Source of the DNA: an uncultured Mycoplasmatota bacterium
GTDB lineage: Bacteria; Bacillota_I; Bacilli_A; RF39; UBA660
DNA: 64,000 bases
Assembly: GCA_948467605.1 (NCBI GenBank)
Contig: CAOKET010000001.1
Coordinates: 1,721 to 65,720, forward strand
Direction of reading: 5' to 3'
Shown: positions 1 to 10,054 of the stretch, piece by piece
Layout: each line of letters begins with the position of its first letter
Position numbering within the stretch: position 1 is the stretch's first letter
Position numbers and translations under genes: made by a program
The notes under the pieces: model-generated
Seen by the model: the letters and a program-made list of their open reading frames with translations, nothing else
Told to the model about the DNA's origin: nothing
Database searches by the model: none

Positions 1-876
1 TTGGAAAAAATAATGAAGTATAAAGTTATCCCTGATTATAATAATAATGATGATTTAAATTTTAAATTTGAATATATTGAATTAGCAAATAATGTTTCAA
101 AGGAAAAATTGTATTCTCTTATTTCTAAGATATCTGATATGATTAAAAATATAAAAAATACATCAAATCCACGTATTTTATTAGAAATGATATTTTTAAT
201 GGAATATGGTGATAATAGTGAAGAAGTTAGAACTGAAAAACCAAAAGAAAAATCTATTAATTTGAAAAGTGATAAAATAAAAGAGGAAAAAACAATAATT
301 GATAAGAAAAAAGATATACCAAAAGAATCGAATAATGAAAAAGTAGAAGCAAATAAAATAATTGAAAGTAAATTTAAAGATTTTTCTTTATCTTTAGAAC
401 AAGTTGAAACTATTAAGAATATACGTATAAATAATGCATTGGCATTAGCAAATAAGGAATTATTATTAGAATTTAAAAATAAGTTGCCTTTGATATTGGA
501 ATATATGTTTGATGAAAATTATAGTTCTATTGTTTGCAATTTGCAAGATCATTCTTTAAGAGTTGCAAGCAATGAAAATATAATTTTAAGTGTTGAATAT
601 TCAAGTACTGCACAAATATTGAATGAAAAGATATATTTATTAGATGAATTATTAAGTATTGTATTATCTAGAAATATAAAATCGATAGTTGTTACAAATG
701 ATGAGTGGAATAATATTAAAACTACATATGTTAATTCAAAAAGGAATAATATAGAATATACTTTAATGGATGAAGAAGATTATTATATTACAACAAAAAA
801 TAATAAAAAATCAGAAAATTCTGATTTAGAGGGTATCTTTGGAAACGGTATTGATGATATAATAGAAGTTAGATAA
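1..876 (+). CDS. dnaX: DNA polymerase III gamma/tau, C-terminal part (5' truncated by window)
   Basis: SNPRILLEMIFL domain III-like segment, then a charged linker; directly upstream of ebfC-recR as in Bacilli. Confidence 0.75.
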   Translation: MEKIMKYKVIPDYNNNDDLNFKFEYIELANNVSKEKLYSLISKISDMIKNIKNTSNPRILLEMIFLMEYGDNSEEVRTEKPKEKSINLKSDKIKEEKTIIDKKKDIPKESNNEKVEANKIIESKFKDFSLSLEQVETIKNIRINNALALANKELLLEFKNKLPLILEYMFDENYSSIVCNLQDHSLRVASNENIILSVEYSSTAQILNEKIYLLDELLSIVLSRNIKSIVVTNDEWNNIKTTYVNSKRNNIEYTLMDEEDYYITTKNNKKSENSDLEGIFGNGIDDIIEVR

Positions 877-894
877 AGAAAGGATGATAAATTT

Positions 895-1188
895 ATGAAT
901 ATACAAGCGATGATGAGACAAGCACAACAAATGCAAAAAGAAATGTTAAAGTCAAAAGAGGAGATTAATAATACTATATTTAATGGTGAATCTTCATTAG
1001 TGAAAGTAGAAGTAAATGGTAAAAAGGAAGTTCTTAAAGTTACTATTTCTGAAGAATTTGAAAGTGATGATATTGAAATTTTACAAGATATGATTGTAGT
1101 AGCACTAAATGATGCTTTTTCTAAAGTAGACAAAATGGTAGAAGAAAAGATGGGAAAATTTGGTGCTGGAGTATCAGGTTTGATGTAG
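895..1188 (+). CDS. ebfC: YbaB/EbfC nucleoid-associated protein
   Basis: MMRQAQQMQ...DIEILQDMIVVALNDA; dnaX-ybaB-recR synteny. Confidence 0.93.
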   Translation: MNIQAMMRQAQQMQKEMLKSKEEINNTIFNGESSLVKVEVNGKKEVLKVTISEEFESDDIEILQDMIVVALNDAFSKVDKMVEEKMGKFGAGVSGLM

Positions 1189-1189
1189 T

Positions 1190-1786
1190 ATGAAATATCC
1201 TGAAATTTTATCTAATTTGATAGAAGATTTAAAGATGCTTCCAGGTGTAGGTGAAAAAACAGCCGAAAGGTATGCTTTTTCATTGTTAGAAAAAACAAAA
1301 GAAGATAGAGAAAGTTTTATAACTTCTGTTAAAAATTTAGATAAATTAAGAAAATGTTCGATTTGTAATTATATTACTGAAGATGAAATATGTTCAATCT
1401 GTAGTGATAAATCTAGAAATAATAAAATATTATGTGTAGTTGAGGATGCAAAAACAGTTTTATTATTTGAAAAAATGGGTACATTTAAAGGGCAATATCA
1501 TGTTCTTAATGGTTTAATTTCACCTATTGATAATATTAGACCTGAGGATTTAAATATCCCTACATTAATTAAACGTGTTATTGATGGAGGGCATACTGAG
1601 GTAATACTTGCAATAAAATCTACAATTGAAGGTGAAACAACTTCATCATATATAAAGCGTCTTTTAAAGGATAGTAATGTATTAGTTACACGAATTGCAA
1701 ATGGGATTCCAATAGGTGCCGAAATAGATTATATAGATTCTATGACTTTAGAAATGGCGTTTGAAAATAGGAATGAACTAGTATAA
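1190..1786 (+). CDS. recR: Recombination protein RecR
   Basis: LPGVGEKTAER HhH, C4 zinc finger, TOPRIM with EGETT. Confidence 0.97.
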   Translation: MKYPEILSNLIEDLKMLPGVGEKTAERYAFSLLEKTKEDRESFITSVKNLDKLRKCSICNYITEDEICSICSDKSRNNKILCVVEDAKTVLLFEKMGTFKGQYHVLNGLISPIDNIRPEDLNIPTLIKRVIDGGHTEVILAIKSTIEGETTSSYIKRLLKDSNVLVTRIANGIPIGAEIDYIDSMTLEMAFENRNELV

Positions 1787-1809
1787 TTTGTCCAATATGT
1801 TCATATATT
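1781..1809 (+). promoter_or_regulatory. sigmaE-type promoter of bofA
   Basis: GTATAAT-N14-CATATATT fits the B. subtilis sigmaE consensus; bofA is a known sigmaE gene. Confidence 0.6.
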
Positions 1810-1824
1810 TTATTAGGTGAATAT

Positions 1825-2010
1825 ATGAAAAAAGTTTTTTCTGCAATAAAAAAAATAGTATTGTCTGCATTTATTTTATATGGTTTCAATTTAATAGCAT
1901 CTCCTCTTAACATCATTGTTCCTATAAATGTAATAACTGTATTAGTTATTGCATTACTTGGAATGCCTGGTTTATTTGGATTAGTATTTTCATTAGTGTT
2001 ATTATTTTAG
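1825..2010 (+). CDS. bofA: Pro-sigmaK processing inhibitor BofA
   Basis: Small 2-TM protein with IPINVITVLVIALLGMPG signature, downstream of recR. Confidence 0.85.
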   Translation: MKKVFSAIKKIVLSAFILYGFNLIASPLNIIVPINVITVLVIALLGMPGLFGLVFSLVLLF

Positions 2011-2024
2011 TAGGAGTGATAGTT

Positions 2025-2951
2025 GTGCTAGATAAGTATATTGACGAACAACCTAGTGTTAATGAATTATTGTGTAATTGTATTAATACAGGTAGGTATT
2101 CACATGCCTATCTTTTTGTAGTTAATGGTTATCAAAATGCTTATGAGTATATTTGTTCATTTATAAAATCTATTTGTTGTCCTAATAACCATAAGTGTGA
2201 AAATTGTAATATATGTAGGCTAATAGATGAAAATACTTTTAGTGATTTTAAGGTTATAGAAACTGATTCAATGATGTTAAAAAAGGAAATGATTGTTGAA
2301 CTTCAAGATTATTTTAACACTAAAAAATTATATGCTAATAAAAGGGTATATCTTATTAAGAATTGCGAAAAAATGAACATAGCGGCTAGTAATACTTTGC
2401 TTAAATTTTTAGAAGAACCAGAGAGTGATATTATTGCTATATTAACTACTGATAATATAAATCAAGTTATTGATACAATAAAATCTCGTTGTCAGGTAAT
2501 ATACTTTAATGGAAGTAGTAATAATACAATAAATAGTTTATTTGATAATCTTACTAAGGATGGTAATATTGAGTATGATAAGTTTATTGAAGATATAAAT
2601 ACTGTTATGGATTTTTGCATATTTAATGAAAAGAATGGTGTATCAACTATAGCTTTTACTAAAAAGAAGTGGCATAACTATTTTTCTGATAGGGGAATGT
2701 TTAAATATGCTCTTAATATAATGTTATATATATATTTAGATGTAATAAATTATAAACTTGGACATGCTCTTACTTATTTTTCTGATTATGTAGATAATAT
2801 AAAAATAATTGCATCTTATGGAGAAGTGCAGTATTATATAAAAAAAACAAAGGTAATTTTAAAATATATTGATTTAATAAAATATAATTTGAATTTAAAT
2901 TTATGTATGGATAAAATTATTATTGAGTGGGCAGGTGATAATGATGAGTAA
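2025..2951 (+). CDS. holB: DNA polymerase III delta-prime subunit
   Basis: SHAYLF, C4 Zn module, ASNTLLKFLEEP, TIKSRCQ; GTG at 2025 follows AGGAG. Confidence 0.92.
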   Translation: MLDKYIDEQPSVNELLCNCINTGRYSHAYLFVVNGYQNAYEYICSFIKSICCPNNHKCENCNICRLIDENTFSDFKVIETDSMMLKKEMIVELQDYFNTKKLYANKRVYLIKNCEKMNIAASNTLLKFLEEPESDIIAILTTDNINQVIDTIKSRCQVIYFNGSSNNTINSLFDNLTKDGNIEYDKFIEDINTVMDFCIFNEKNGVSTIAFTKKKWHNYFSDRGMFKYALNIMLYIYLDVINYKLGHALTYFSDYVDNIKIIASYGEVQYYIKKTKVILKYIDLIKYNLNLNLCMDKIIIEWAGDNDE

Positions 2952-3738
2952 AACTGTTGGAATTAAATTTATTAACGAAGATAGGTTATATTATGTTAAA
3001 TCGGATATAGAAGATGAATTATCAAATGATACTTTCGTTGTTGTATCTACAGAATCTGGTTTAAAATATGCTAAATGCTACTCTATAATAGATGAGGATG
3101 TAACTAGAAATTGTGTTATTGGTGATGTAATAAGAGTTGCAACTTTAGAAGATGAAAAGAATAATGAAAAAAATATATTAGATCAAAATAAAGCATTTGA
3201 TAAATGTAAGCAATTAGTTGATAGGTATAAATTAAATATGAAACTTATAAAGGCAGAATTTACTTTTGATAGAAGTCAGTTATTAATTAATTTCTTTTCT
3301 GAAGAAAGAGTTGATTTTCGTGAATTAGCAAAACAAATGGCTTCTATATATAAGACAAGAATAGAATTTAGACAAGTAGGTATACGTGATAAAGCAAGAA
3401 TAGTCGGTGGAATAGGCCCTTGTGGTAGAAAGTTGTGCTGTTCATCATATTTACATGATTTTGATACTATATCTATATCAATGGCAAAAAATCAAATGAT
3501 AGCACTTAATCCTAATAAAATAAATGGTGTTTGTGGCAGATTATTGTGCTGTTTAAATTATGAGGATGAATTATACAAAGAATATAGAAAATTAATTCCA
3601 AATGTTGGTAAAAAAGTTATTATAGATGATAAAGAAGCAAAAGTAGTACAAGTTGATCTTTATAATCAAAAATATGTTGTAGAGTTTGAAGATAAAACTT
3701 TGAAAGAAATAGTGGTATCTAATAGTGGAACAGATTAA
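2944..3738 (+). CDS. ricT: PSP1/YaaT (RicT) Fe-S regulatory subunit
   Basis: RVDFRELAK, GGIGPCGRKLCC, INGVCGRLLCCLNYE. Confidence 0.93.
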   Translation: MSKTVGIKFINEDRLYYVKSDIEDELSNDTFVVVSTESGLKYAKCYSIIDEDVTRNCVIGDVIRVATLEDEKNNEKNILDQNKAFDKCKQLVDRYKLNMKLIKAEFTFDRSQLLINFFSEERVDFRELAKQMASIYKTRIEFRQVGIRDKARIVGGIGPCGRKLCCSSYLHDFDTISISMAKNQMIALNPNKINGVCGRLLCCLNYEDELYKEYRKLIPNVGKKVIIDDKEAKVVQVDLYNQKYVVEFEDKTLKEIVVSNSGTD

Positions 3739-4453
3739 TGATTTACTTGGATATAGTAATTTAAAGATTATTCAGAATGATGAATGGTTTAAATTTTCTT
3801 TGGATTCAGTATTGCTTGCTAACTTTGCAACTGTAAATTTAAGATGTTCATCTATATTAGACTTATGCACAGGTAATGCACCTGTTCCGTTAATACTTAG
3901 TATGCGTACTAATAAAAAGATAATTGGAGTGGAACTTCAAAATGAAGTTTATTTATTAGCAAAAAAAGCGATTTCTATTAATAATCTAGATTCTAGGATA
4001 GAAATAATCAATGAGGATGTTAAAAAATTAACAACTATATATAATAGTGATAGTTTCGATTTAATAACTTGTAATCCACCTTATTTTAAAGTGAATGAAG
4101 GTACTAAAACAAATGATAATTCTATTAAATCAATTGCTAGACATGAAATTATGTTAAGTTTGGATGATATTTTTAGTGTTTCTTCTAAATTATTAAAAAT
4201 AAATGGTATTATTTCATTAGTTCATAGACCAGAAAGATTTATTGAAATTATAGATACAATGAGGAAATATAATATAGAGCCAAAAAGAGTTAGATTTGTC
4301 TATCCTAATAGTAAAAAAGATTCTAATATTTTACTAATAGAAGGAACTAAAAATGGTAAGAGTGGTATAAAGTTTGAACCACCTCTTTATGTTTATGATG
4401 ATAATGGAAACTATACTATTCAATTACAAAAATATATAGGTTGCAAATTATAG
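3725..4453 (+). CDS. trmN6: tRNA1(Val) adenine-N6 methyltransferase (YabB/TrmN6)
   Basis: FSLDSVLLA, LDLCTGN, NPPYF, ARHEI. Confidence 0.88.
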   Translation: MEQINDLLGYSNLKIIQNDEWFKFSLDSVLLANFATVNLRCSSILDLCTGNAPVPLILSMRTNKKIIGVELQNEVYLLAKKAISINNLDSRIEIINEDVKKLTTIYNSDSFDLITCNPPYFKVNEGTKTNDNSIKSIARHEIMLSLDDIFSVSSKLLKINGIISLVHRPERFIEIIDTMRKYNIEPKRVRFVYPNSKKDSNILLIEGTKNGKSGIKFEPPLYVYDDNGNYTIQLQKYIGCKL

Positions 4454-4461
4454 GAGGATTT

Positions 4462-5295
4462 ATGAGTCAGAAAAGTTATGATAATACACCAACTTTATAT
4501 CTTATACCAACACCTATTGGTAATTTAGATGATATTACTGTTAGACAGAAGAATACTTTGGAATTAGTTGATGTAATTTTTTCCGAAGATACACGTGTTA
4601 CTATCAATTTGCTTAGATATTTGGGAATAAATAAACCGCTTATTTCTAGTCATGATCATAATGAAAATATAACTAAAGAAAAAGTACTTAATTATTTAAA
4701 GGAAGGAAAGAATGTTGGTTTAGTTAGTGATAGGGGTACTCCTGGTATAAGCGATCCAGGATATGTAGTTGCAAAATATATAATTGAAAGCAATTTTAAT
4801 GTAGTAGCACTACCAGGTGCAACTGCATTTGTACCAGCACTTATAATGTCTGGTTTAGATACAGAACATTTTCTTTTTTATGGTTTTTTAAACAGTAAAG
4901 ATTCAAAAAGAGATAAGGAATTGGAGAAACTTAGGTTCTTTCAATACACTATGATATTTTATGAAGCACCTCATAGGATTCTTGATACTTTGGAGTCAAT
5001 ACAATTAATTTTGGGAAATAGAAATATAAGCATTTCCCGGGAAATAAGCAAAAAATTTGAAGAAATATATAGGGGAAAAATATCTGATATTAAAGTAAAT
5101 TTATGTGTTAAGGGCGAATTTGTAATAGTAGTAGAAGGGTGTACAAGTGAAAATAATTATGACCATTTAACTATTATTGAACATGTAAACTTATACATTA
5201 AACAAGGGATGAATCAAAAGGATGCGATGAAGCAAGTTGCTAAAGATAGAAATGTATCTAAGTCCGAAGTTTACAATAAATATCATGAGTTATAG
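4462..5295 (+). CDS. rsmI: 16S rRNA C1402 2'-O-methyltransferase
   Basis: PTPIGNLDDIT, SEDTR, SDRGTPGISDPG, FYEAPHR; ATG at 4462 after GGAGG. Confidence 0.95.
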   Translation: MSQKSYDNTPTLYLIPTPIGNLDDITVRQKNTLELVDVIFSEDTRVTINLLRYLGINKPLISSHDHNENITKEKVLNYLKEGKNVGLVSDRGTPGISDPGYVVAKYIIESNFNVVALPGATAFVPALIMSGLDTEHFLFYGFLNSKDSKRDKELEKLRFFQYTMIFYEAPHRILDTLESIQLILGNRNISISREISKKFEEIYRGKISDIKVNLCVKGEFVIVVEGCTSENNYDHLTIIEHVNLYIKQGMNQKDAMKQVAKDRNVSKSEVYNKYHEL

Positions 5296-5303
5296 GAGGA
5301 TTT

Positions 5304-5858
5304 ATGAAACTTATAGTTGGTTTAGGTAATCCAGGAAAAGAGTACCAAGATACAAGACATAATATTGGATTTATGGTTGTAGATAAATATGCAAATGAAA
5401 AGAATATAACTTTTTCTAAAGAAAAGTTTGGTGGAGTTTATACAGAGTGTATTATAAATAATGAAAAGGTAATAATATTAAAACCTATGAAGTATATTAA
5501 TTTATCTGGTGAAGTAGTAGCACCTTTCATTTCATATTTTAAAATATCAATTGATGACATTTTAATAATAAGTGATGATTTAGATATGCCTATTGGAAAA
5601 ACTAAATTAAAAACAAATAGTAGTAGTGGTGGACATAACGGTCTTAAAAATATTGAACAATGTCTTGGAACAAAAAATTATAAACGACTTAAAATTGGTA
5701 TTTCTAATAATAAGAATTTAGACACTAAAGATTATGTACTTGGAAAATTTAACAAAGATGATAAAAACTTGATAGATTCATCTATTAAAAAGGCAAATGA
5801 TATATTAGATGATTATTTTAAATTAGATTTTAATTCTTTGATGAATAAATATAATTAG
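5304..5858 (+). CDS. pth: Peptidyl-tRNA hydrolase
   Basis: LIVGLGNPG, TRHNIGF, GGHNGLK. Confidence 0.97.
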   Translation: MKLIVGLGNPGKEYQDTRHNIGFMVVDKYANEKNITFSKEKFGGVYTECIINNEKVIILKPMKYINLSGEVVAPFISYFKISIDDILIISDDLDMPIGKTKLKTNSSSGGHNGLKNIEQCLGTKNYKRLKIGISNNKNLDTKDYVLGKFNKDDKNLIDSSIKKANDILDDYFKLDFNSLMNKYN

Positions 5859-5873
5859 TGGAGGTGTAATTTT

Positions 5874-8800
5874 ATGTTTTTTGATACTCTATTTGATATT
5901 GATAGTGATTTTAATTCAATTAGTTTGTCTGGTCTTACAGATGATTTGAGTATGATTTATGTAAATTCATTATTTAATAGATTTAATCAAGATATTATTA
6001 TTGTTACATCTACGTTATATGAAGCGAATAAACTTTATGATATTTTGAAGTGTTATAATTCAAATGTTTTTTTATTTCCTATGGACGAATTTTTAACAAG
6101 CGAAGCACTAGCGGTAAGTCCAGAATTTAAGTTAGAGAGATTATCTTTTTTAAATAAAAGTAGTAATGATAAAAAAATAGTAATAACACATTTAATGGGA
6201 TATTTAAGATATTTACCTTCTAAAGAATTGTGGAGTAATAGCATTGTTACTTTAAAAAAAGGGATGACTATTAATCGTGATAGTTTAGTAGAAAAATTAT
6301 TATCTATAGGATATGTTAGAGATGTATTAGTTACAAATACATCTTCAATTGCGGTTAGGGGATTTGTACTAGATATATTTCCTCTTGATTTTGATAAACC
6401 AATACGTATTGAATTTTTTGGTGATGAAATAGAACAAATTAAATATTTTAATGTTGACAATCAACTTACTTTAGATGAACTAGATAGTGTTAGTATAGTT
6501 CCTTGTAGTGAATTTATAAATGAACTTGGTATAGAAATAGAAAACAAACAAAAATATTTACCTAAAGTTGTAAAAAATTTAAGTTCTATTGTTGATTACC
6601 TAAATTCACCTATAACTATATTTCGTGATTATAATCAAATTGAGGTTTCATATAATAATCTATTAGAAGATATACATAATTACGATTTAGAACAAAGTGA
6701 GAGATTGTATGACAAATATATGCATGATTTTTATAGTATTAAATATAATAAAGTTATATATTTACTAGCAATTGATAATGTTTTTATTAATTATCCTGTT
6801 GATAAAAATATTGCTTATAACTCTTATGAAGTTATTCCATATAATAATAATTTAGAAAAATTGAAATTGGATTGTTCTTCTTATTTAGACGAAGGAAAAA
6901 CAATAGTATTTTGTTTAAAAAATAACCGTCAATATGAAAAAATAGAATCTATAATTAATGATATGGTTTTAACAAATAGTAATGAGATATTTAGTAATAA
7001 AATAAACGTAGTATATGAGAGTATTTCACATGGGTTTGTATTTAATAATTATGTAGTTATTAGTGAATCTGAAATATTTGCTTTGTCATCTAATAAAGTT
7101 TCATATAAGAAATCATATAAAAATTCTGGTAAGATTAAAAGTTTGGAAAAATTAGAAATAGGAGATGCGGTTGTACATGATATACATGGTATTGGAATTT
7201 ATACTGGATTAAAGACTTTAGATAAAAATGGTATTAAAAAAGATTATTTAACTGTTGAATATAAAGATGGTGATAAGTTATATATTCCAGTTGAAAAAAT
7301 AGAACTAATTAGCAAGTATTCATCTGCTGAAGGGGTAAGACCTAAACTAAATAAATTGGGTGGCACTGAATGGGCTAAAACGAAGTTAAGGGTTAGATCT
7401 AAACTACATGATATTGCAGATAAGTTATTGAAATTATATGCAATGAGAGAAATGCAAGATGGGTATGCTTTTCCTAAAGATACACCTGAGCAAGAAATAT
7501 TTGAAGCGGAGTTTTTATATACTCCTACAGGTGATCAGCTGGTTGCAACTTCTCAAATAAAAGAAGATATGGAAAAGAAGACTCCAATGGATAGATTATT
7601 ATGTGGTGATGTTGGTTTTGGAAAGACAGAAGTAGCATTTAGGGCTATCTTTAAAGCGATAATGGCAGGAAAACAGGTTGCTTATCTTTGTCCTACTAAA
7701 ATATTGTCACAACAACATTATAAGAGTGCATTGATACGTTTTAGTAATTATCCTATTGATATTGCATTACTTAATGGTTTTATATCTACAAAGGAACTTA
7801 ATAAAACTTTAGATGGTTTAAAAAGAGGAACCATAGATTTAGTAATAGGAACTCATAGATTACTTAGTGATGATATAGAATTTAAGGATTTAGGACTTTT
7901 AATAATTGATGAGGAGCAACGATTTGGTGTTGCACATAAAGAGAAAATAAAAGAAATGAAATCTAATGTAGATGTATTAACTTTATCGGCAACTCCGATA
8001 CCTAGAACTATGCAGATGTCTATGGTTGGACTTAGAAATTTATCTTTAATAGAAACTCCTCCTGTTGATAGATATCCAGTTCAGACTTATGTACTTTCTT
8101 ATAGTACTCAGATTATTAAGGATGCAATATACAAAGAGTTATCTAGAAATGGACAAATATTTATTTTATATAATAGAGTCGTGGATATAGAAACAAGAGT
8201 AAGAGAAATATCTAAAATAGCACCTGATGCTAGAATAACTTATGCACATGGTAAGATGACAAAAAATGAATTAGAATCTAGAATGGAATCTTTTATAAAT
8301 CAAGAATACGATATACTTGTATGTACTACTATAATAGAAACTGGTATAGATATACCTAATGTTAATACTCTTATTATAATAGATGCGGATCATTTTGGAT
8401 TAAGCCAGTTATATCAAATAAGAGGCCGTGTTGGTAGAAGTAATAAAATTGCCTATGCTTATTTAATGTATGATAATAAAAAGGTATTAACTGAACAAGC
8501 TGTTAAAAGGTTAAAGGTTATTAAAGATTTTACTGAATTAGGTAGTGGAATGTCAATTGCAGTACGTGATTTATCAATAAGAGGTGCTGGTGATATACTT
8601 GGAAGTGAACAGGCTGGATTTATAGATACAATTGGTATAGAACTATATCTTAAAATGTTAAATACAGAAGTTGAAAAATTAAAAGGCAATGTAACAGAAG
8701 AAGAAGAAATAAATGAAAAACCCCTTGTTGATGTTGATACACATATAGATAATTCGTATGTTACTGAAGAAGAGTTAAAAATAGAAATTCATAAGAAAAT

Positions 8801-9170
8801 AAATGAAATAGATTCATACTATAAATTATTAGAAGTAAGAAGTGAATTAGAGGATCGATTTGGTACTGTAACCGAAGAGATGGATATTTATATGTACGAA
8901 GAATGGTTTGAAAAGTTGTGTATAACTTTAAAAATAGATAGAATTAAGCAAAATAGAAATTCTGTTGAAATAGAAATTAACAATGATATTGTGGATAAGT
9001 TAGGTGGAGATAAACTATTCTTTATTACTACAGATATTAGTAAAATGTTTAGATTTAAGAATGAGTTTGGTAAAGTAATATTAGTATTAGATATAATAAA
9101 GTTGGAAAAGCATTTTATTTATTATTTAGTAGAATTTTTAGAAAAAATAAAAAAAGAATTAGGTAAATAA
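5874..9170 (+). CDS. mfd: Transcription-repair coupling factor
   Basis: UvrB-homology module, CarD-like RID, GDVGFGKTEVA, DEEQRFGV, QIRGRVGR, TRCF domain. Confidence 0.97.
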   Translation: MFFDTLFDIDSDFNSISLSGLTDDLSMIYVNSLFNRFNQDIIIVTSTLYEANKLYDILKCYNSNVFLFPMDEFLTSEALAVSPEFKLERLSFLNKSSNDKKIVITHLMGYLRYLPSKELWSNSIVTLKKGMTINRDSLVEKLLSIGYVRDVLVTNTSSIAVRGFVLDIFPLDFDKPIRIEFFGDEIEQIKYFNVDNQLTLDELDSVSIVPCSEFINELGIEIENKQKYLPKVVKNLSSIVDYLNSPITIFRDYNQIEVSYNNLLEDIHNYDLEQSERLYDKYMHDFYSIKYNKVIYLLAIDNVFINYPVDKNIAYNSYEVIPYNNNLEKLKLDCSSYLDEGKTIVFCLKNNRQYEKIESIINDMVLTNSNEIFSNKINVVYESISHGFVFNNYVVISESEIFALSSNKVSYKKSYKNSGKIKSLEKLEIGDAVVHDIHGIGIYTGLKTLDKNGIKKDYLTVEYKDGDKLYIPVEKIELISKYSSAEGVRPKLNKLGGTEWAKTKLRVRSKLHDIADKLLKLYAMREMQDGYAFPKDTPEQEIFEAEFLYTPTGDQLVATSQIKEDMEKKTPMDRLLCGDVGFGKTEVAFRAIFKAIMAGKQVAYLCPTKILSQQHYKSALIRFSNYPIDIALLNGFISTKELNKTLDGLKRGTIDLVIGTHRLLSDDIEFKDLGLLIIDEEQRFGVAHKEKIKEMKSNVDVLTLSATPIPRTMQMSMVGLRNLSLIETPPVDRYPVQTYVLSYSTQIIKDAIYKELSRNGQIFILYNRVVDIETRVREISKIAPDARITYAHGKMTKNELESRMESFINQEYDILVCTTIIETGIDIPNVNTLIIIDADHFGLSQLYQIRGRVGRSNKIAYAYLMYDNKKVLTEQAVKRLKVIKDFTELGSGMSIAVRDLSIRGAGDILGSEQAGFIDTIGIELYLKMLNTEVEKLKGNVTEEEEINEKPLVDVDTHIDNSYVTEEELKIEIHKKINEIDSYYKLLEVRSELEDRFGTVTEEMDIYMYEEWFEKLCITLKIDRIKQNRNSVEIEINNDIVDKLGGDKLFFITTDISKMFRFKNEFGKVILVLDIIKLEKHFIYYLVEFLEKIKKELGK

Positions 9171-9180
9171 TTCTTTTTTT
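9149..9180 (+). terminator. Intrinsic terminator after mfd
   Basis: AAAAAGAATTA-ggtaaa-TAATTCTTTTT followed by T run. Confidence 0.7.
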
Positions 9181-9209
9181 GTATAAATCCTTAATATTAA
9201 TACAAAATA
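9181..9209 (+). promoter_or_regulatory. sigmaG-type promoter of spoVT
   Basis: GTATA-N17-CAAAATA fits GHATA-N17/18-CAHAHTA; spoVT is a known sigmaG gene. Confidence 0.6.
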
Positions 9210-9232
9210 ATTTATGAAGAAAGTGAGGATTT

Positions 9233-9763
9233 ATGAAACAAACAGGAATCGTAAGAAGAATTGATAATCTAGGGAGAATAGTTATACCAAAAGAACTTAG
9301 AAAAACACTTCACATTCACGATGGTGAGTTATTAGAACTTATTATGAATAAAGATGAGATAATCTTAAAAAAATATTCTACTGTTAAAGAATTAAGTCAT
9401 TTATTTATTAAATTTATTGAAGTATTTGAACCATTTATAAAATCTAATATATTGGTAACTGATTTAGATCAAATACTAGTTACTAGTAGTAAAATAAAAA
9501 ACTTATACAGTGGAAAACTTATAAGTAAATTTGTTGTTGGAATAATTAATAATAGAAACCCTTACTTATCATCAGATATGGAAGAGATAGAAATAGTTGA
9601 GGATCAAGTTGACAATGTAAGTTGTTATATTGTTCCATTTATAGTATCTGGTGATCCGGTTGGTTCATTAGTTATATTTTCAAGAGATAGCAAGTTAGAT
9701 TCAATGGATATTACACTTGCTAATATTGTAGGATCGTTTATTAATAAATATATTGAAGAATAG
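9233..9763 (+). CDS. spoVT: Stage V sporulation protein T (AbrB-like N-terminus plus GAF C-terminus)
   Basis: TGIVRRIDNLGRIVIPKELR...IILKKYS, GDPVGSLVI; mfd-spoVT synteny. Confidence 0.9.
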   Translation: MKQTGIVRRIDNLGRIVIPKELRKTLHIHDGELLELIMNKDEIILKKYSTVKELSHLFIKFIEVFEPFIKSNILVTDLDQILVTSSKIKNLYSGKLISKFVVGIINNRNPYLSSDMEEIEIVEDQVDNVSCYIVPFIVSGDPVGSLVIFSRDSKLDSMDITLANIVGSFINKYIEE

Positions 9764-9766
9764 TAT

Positions 9767-9792
9767 GACACTTTATATAAAGTGTTTTTTTT
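9767..9792 (+). terminator. Intrinsic terminator after spoVT
   Basis: GACACTTT-atat-AAAGTGTT plus T tract. Confidence 0.75.
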
Positions 9793-9853
9793 GTAAACTT
9801 ATGTAAAATATGTATGTAAATATCTGTACATTATTTGCTTGATATGTTATATT
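9791..9853 (+). promoter_or_regulatory. TGTAAA direct repeats plus extended -10 promoter
   Basis: TGTAAA at 9792, 9802 and 9815; TGtTATATT -10 at 9848. Confidence 0.45.
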
Positions 9854-9882
9854 CGTTTGTGTAGTAAATAAGGAGGCATCTA

Positions 9883-10044
9883 GTGAAAAAGAGAGGAACA
9901 AAAATAATAATAGCAGGATTTCTAGTTATAATACTAATATTTGCCATTATTAATATTATTCAATTTAGAGTTTTGGAGTTTTATTCGATGATTGTTATGA
10001 TGTTTTATCTTGTTAAGTACATTTCTATAGTAAATAGAGAGTAG
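9883..10044 (+). CDS. 53-aa small membrane protein (not in ORF track)
   Basis: AGGAGG at 9871-9876, GTG start, MKKRGTKIIIAGFLVIILIFAIINIIQFRVLEFYSMIVMMFYLVKYISIVNRE*, ends 10 nt before tatD. Confidence 0.75.
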   Translation: MKKRGTKIIIAGFLVIILIFAIINIIQFRVLEFYSMIVMMFYLVKYISIVNRE

Positions 10045-10054
10045 GCGATATTTT

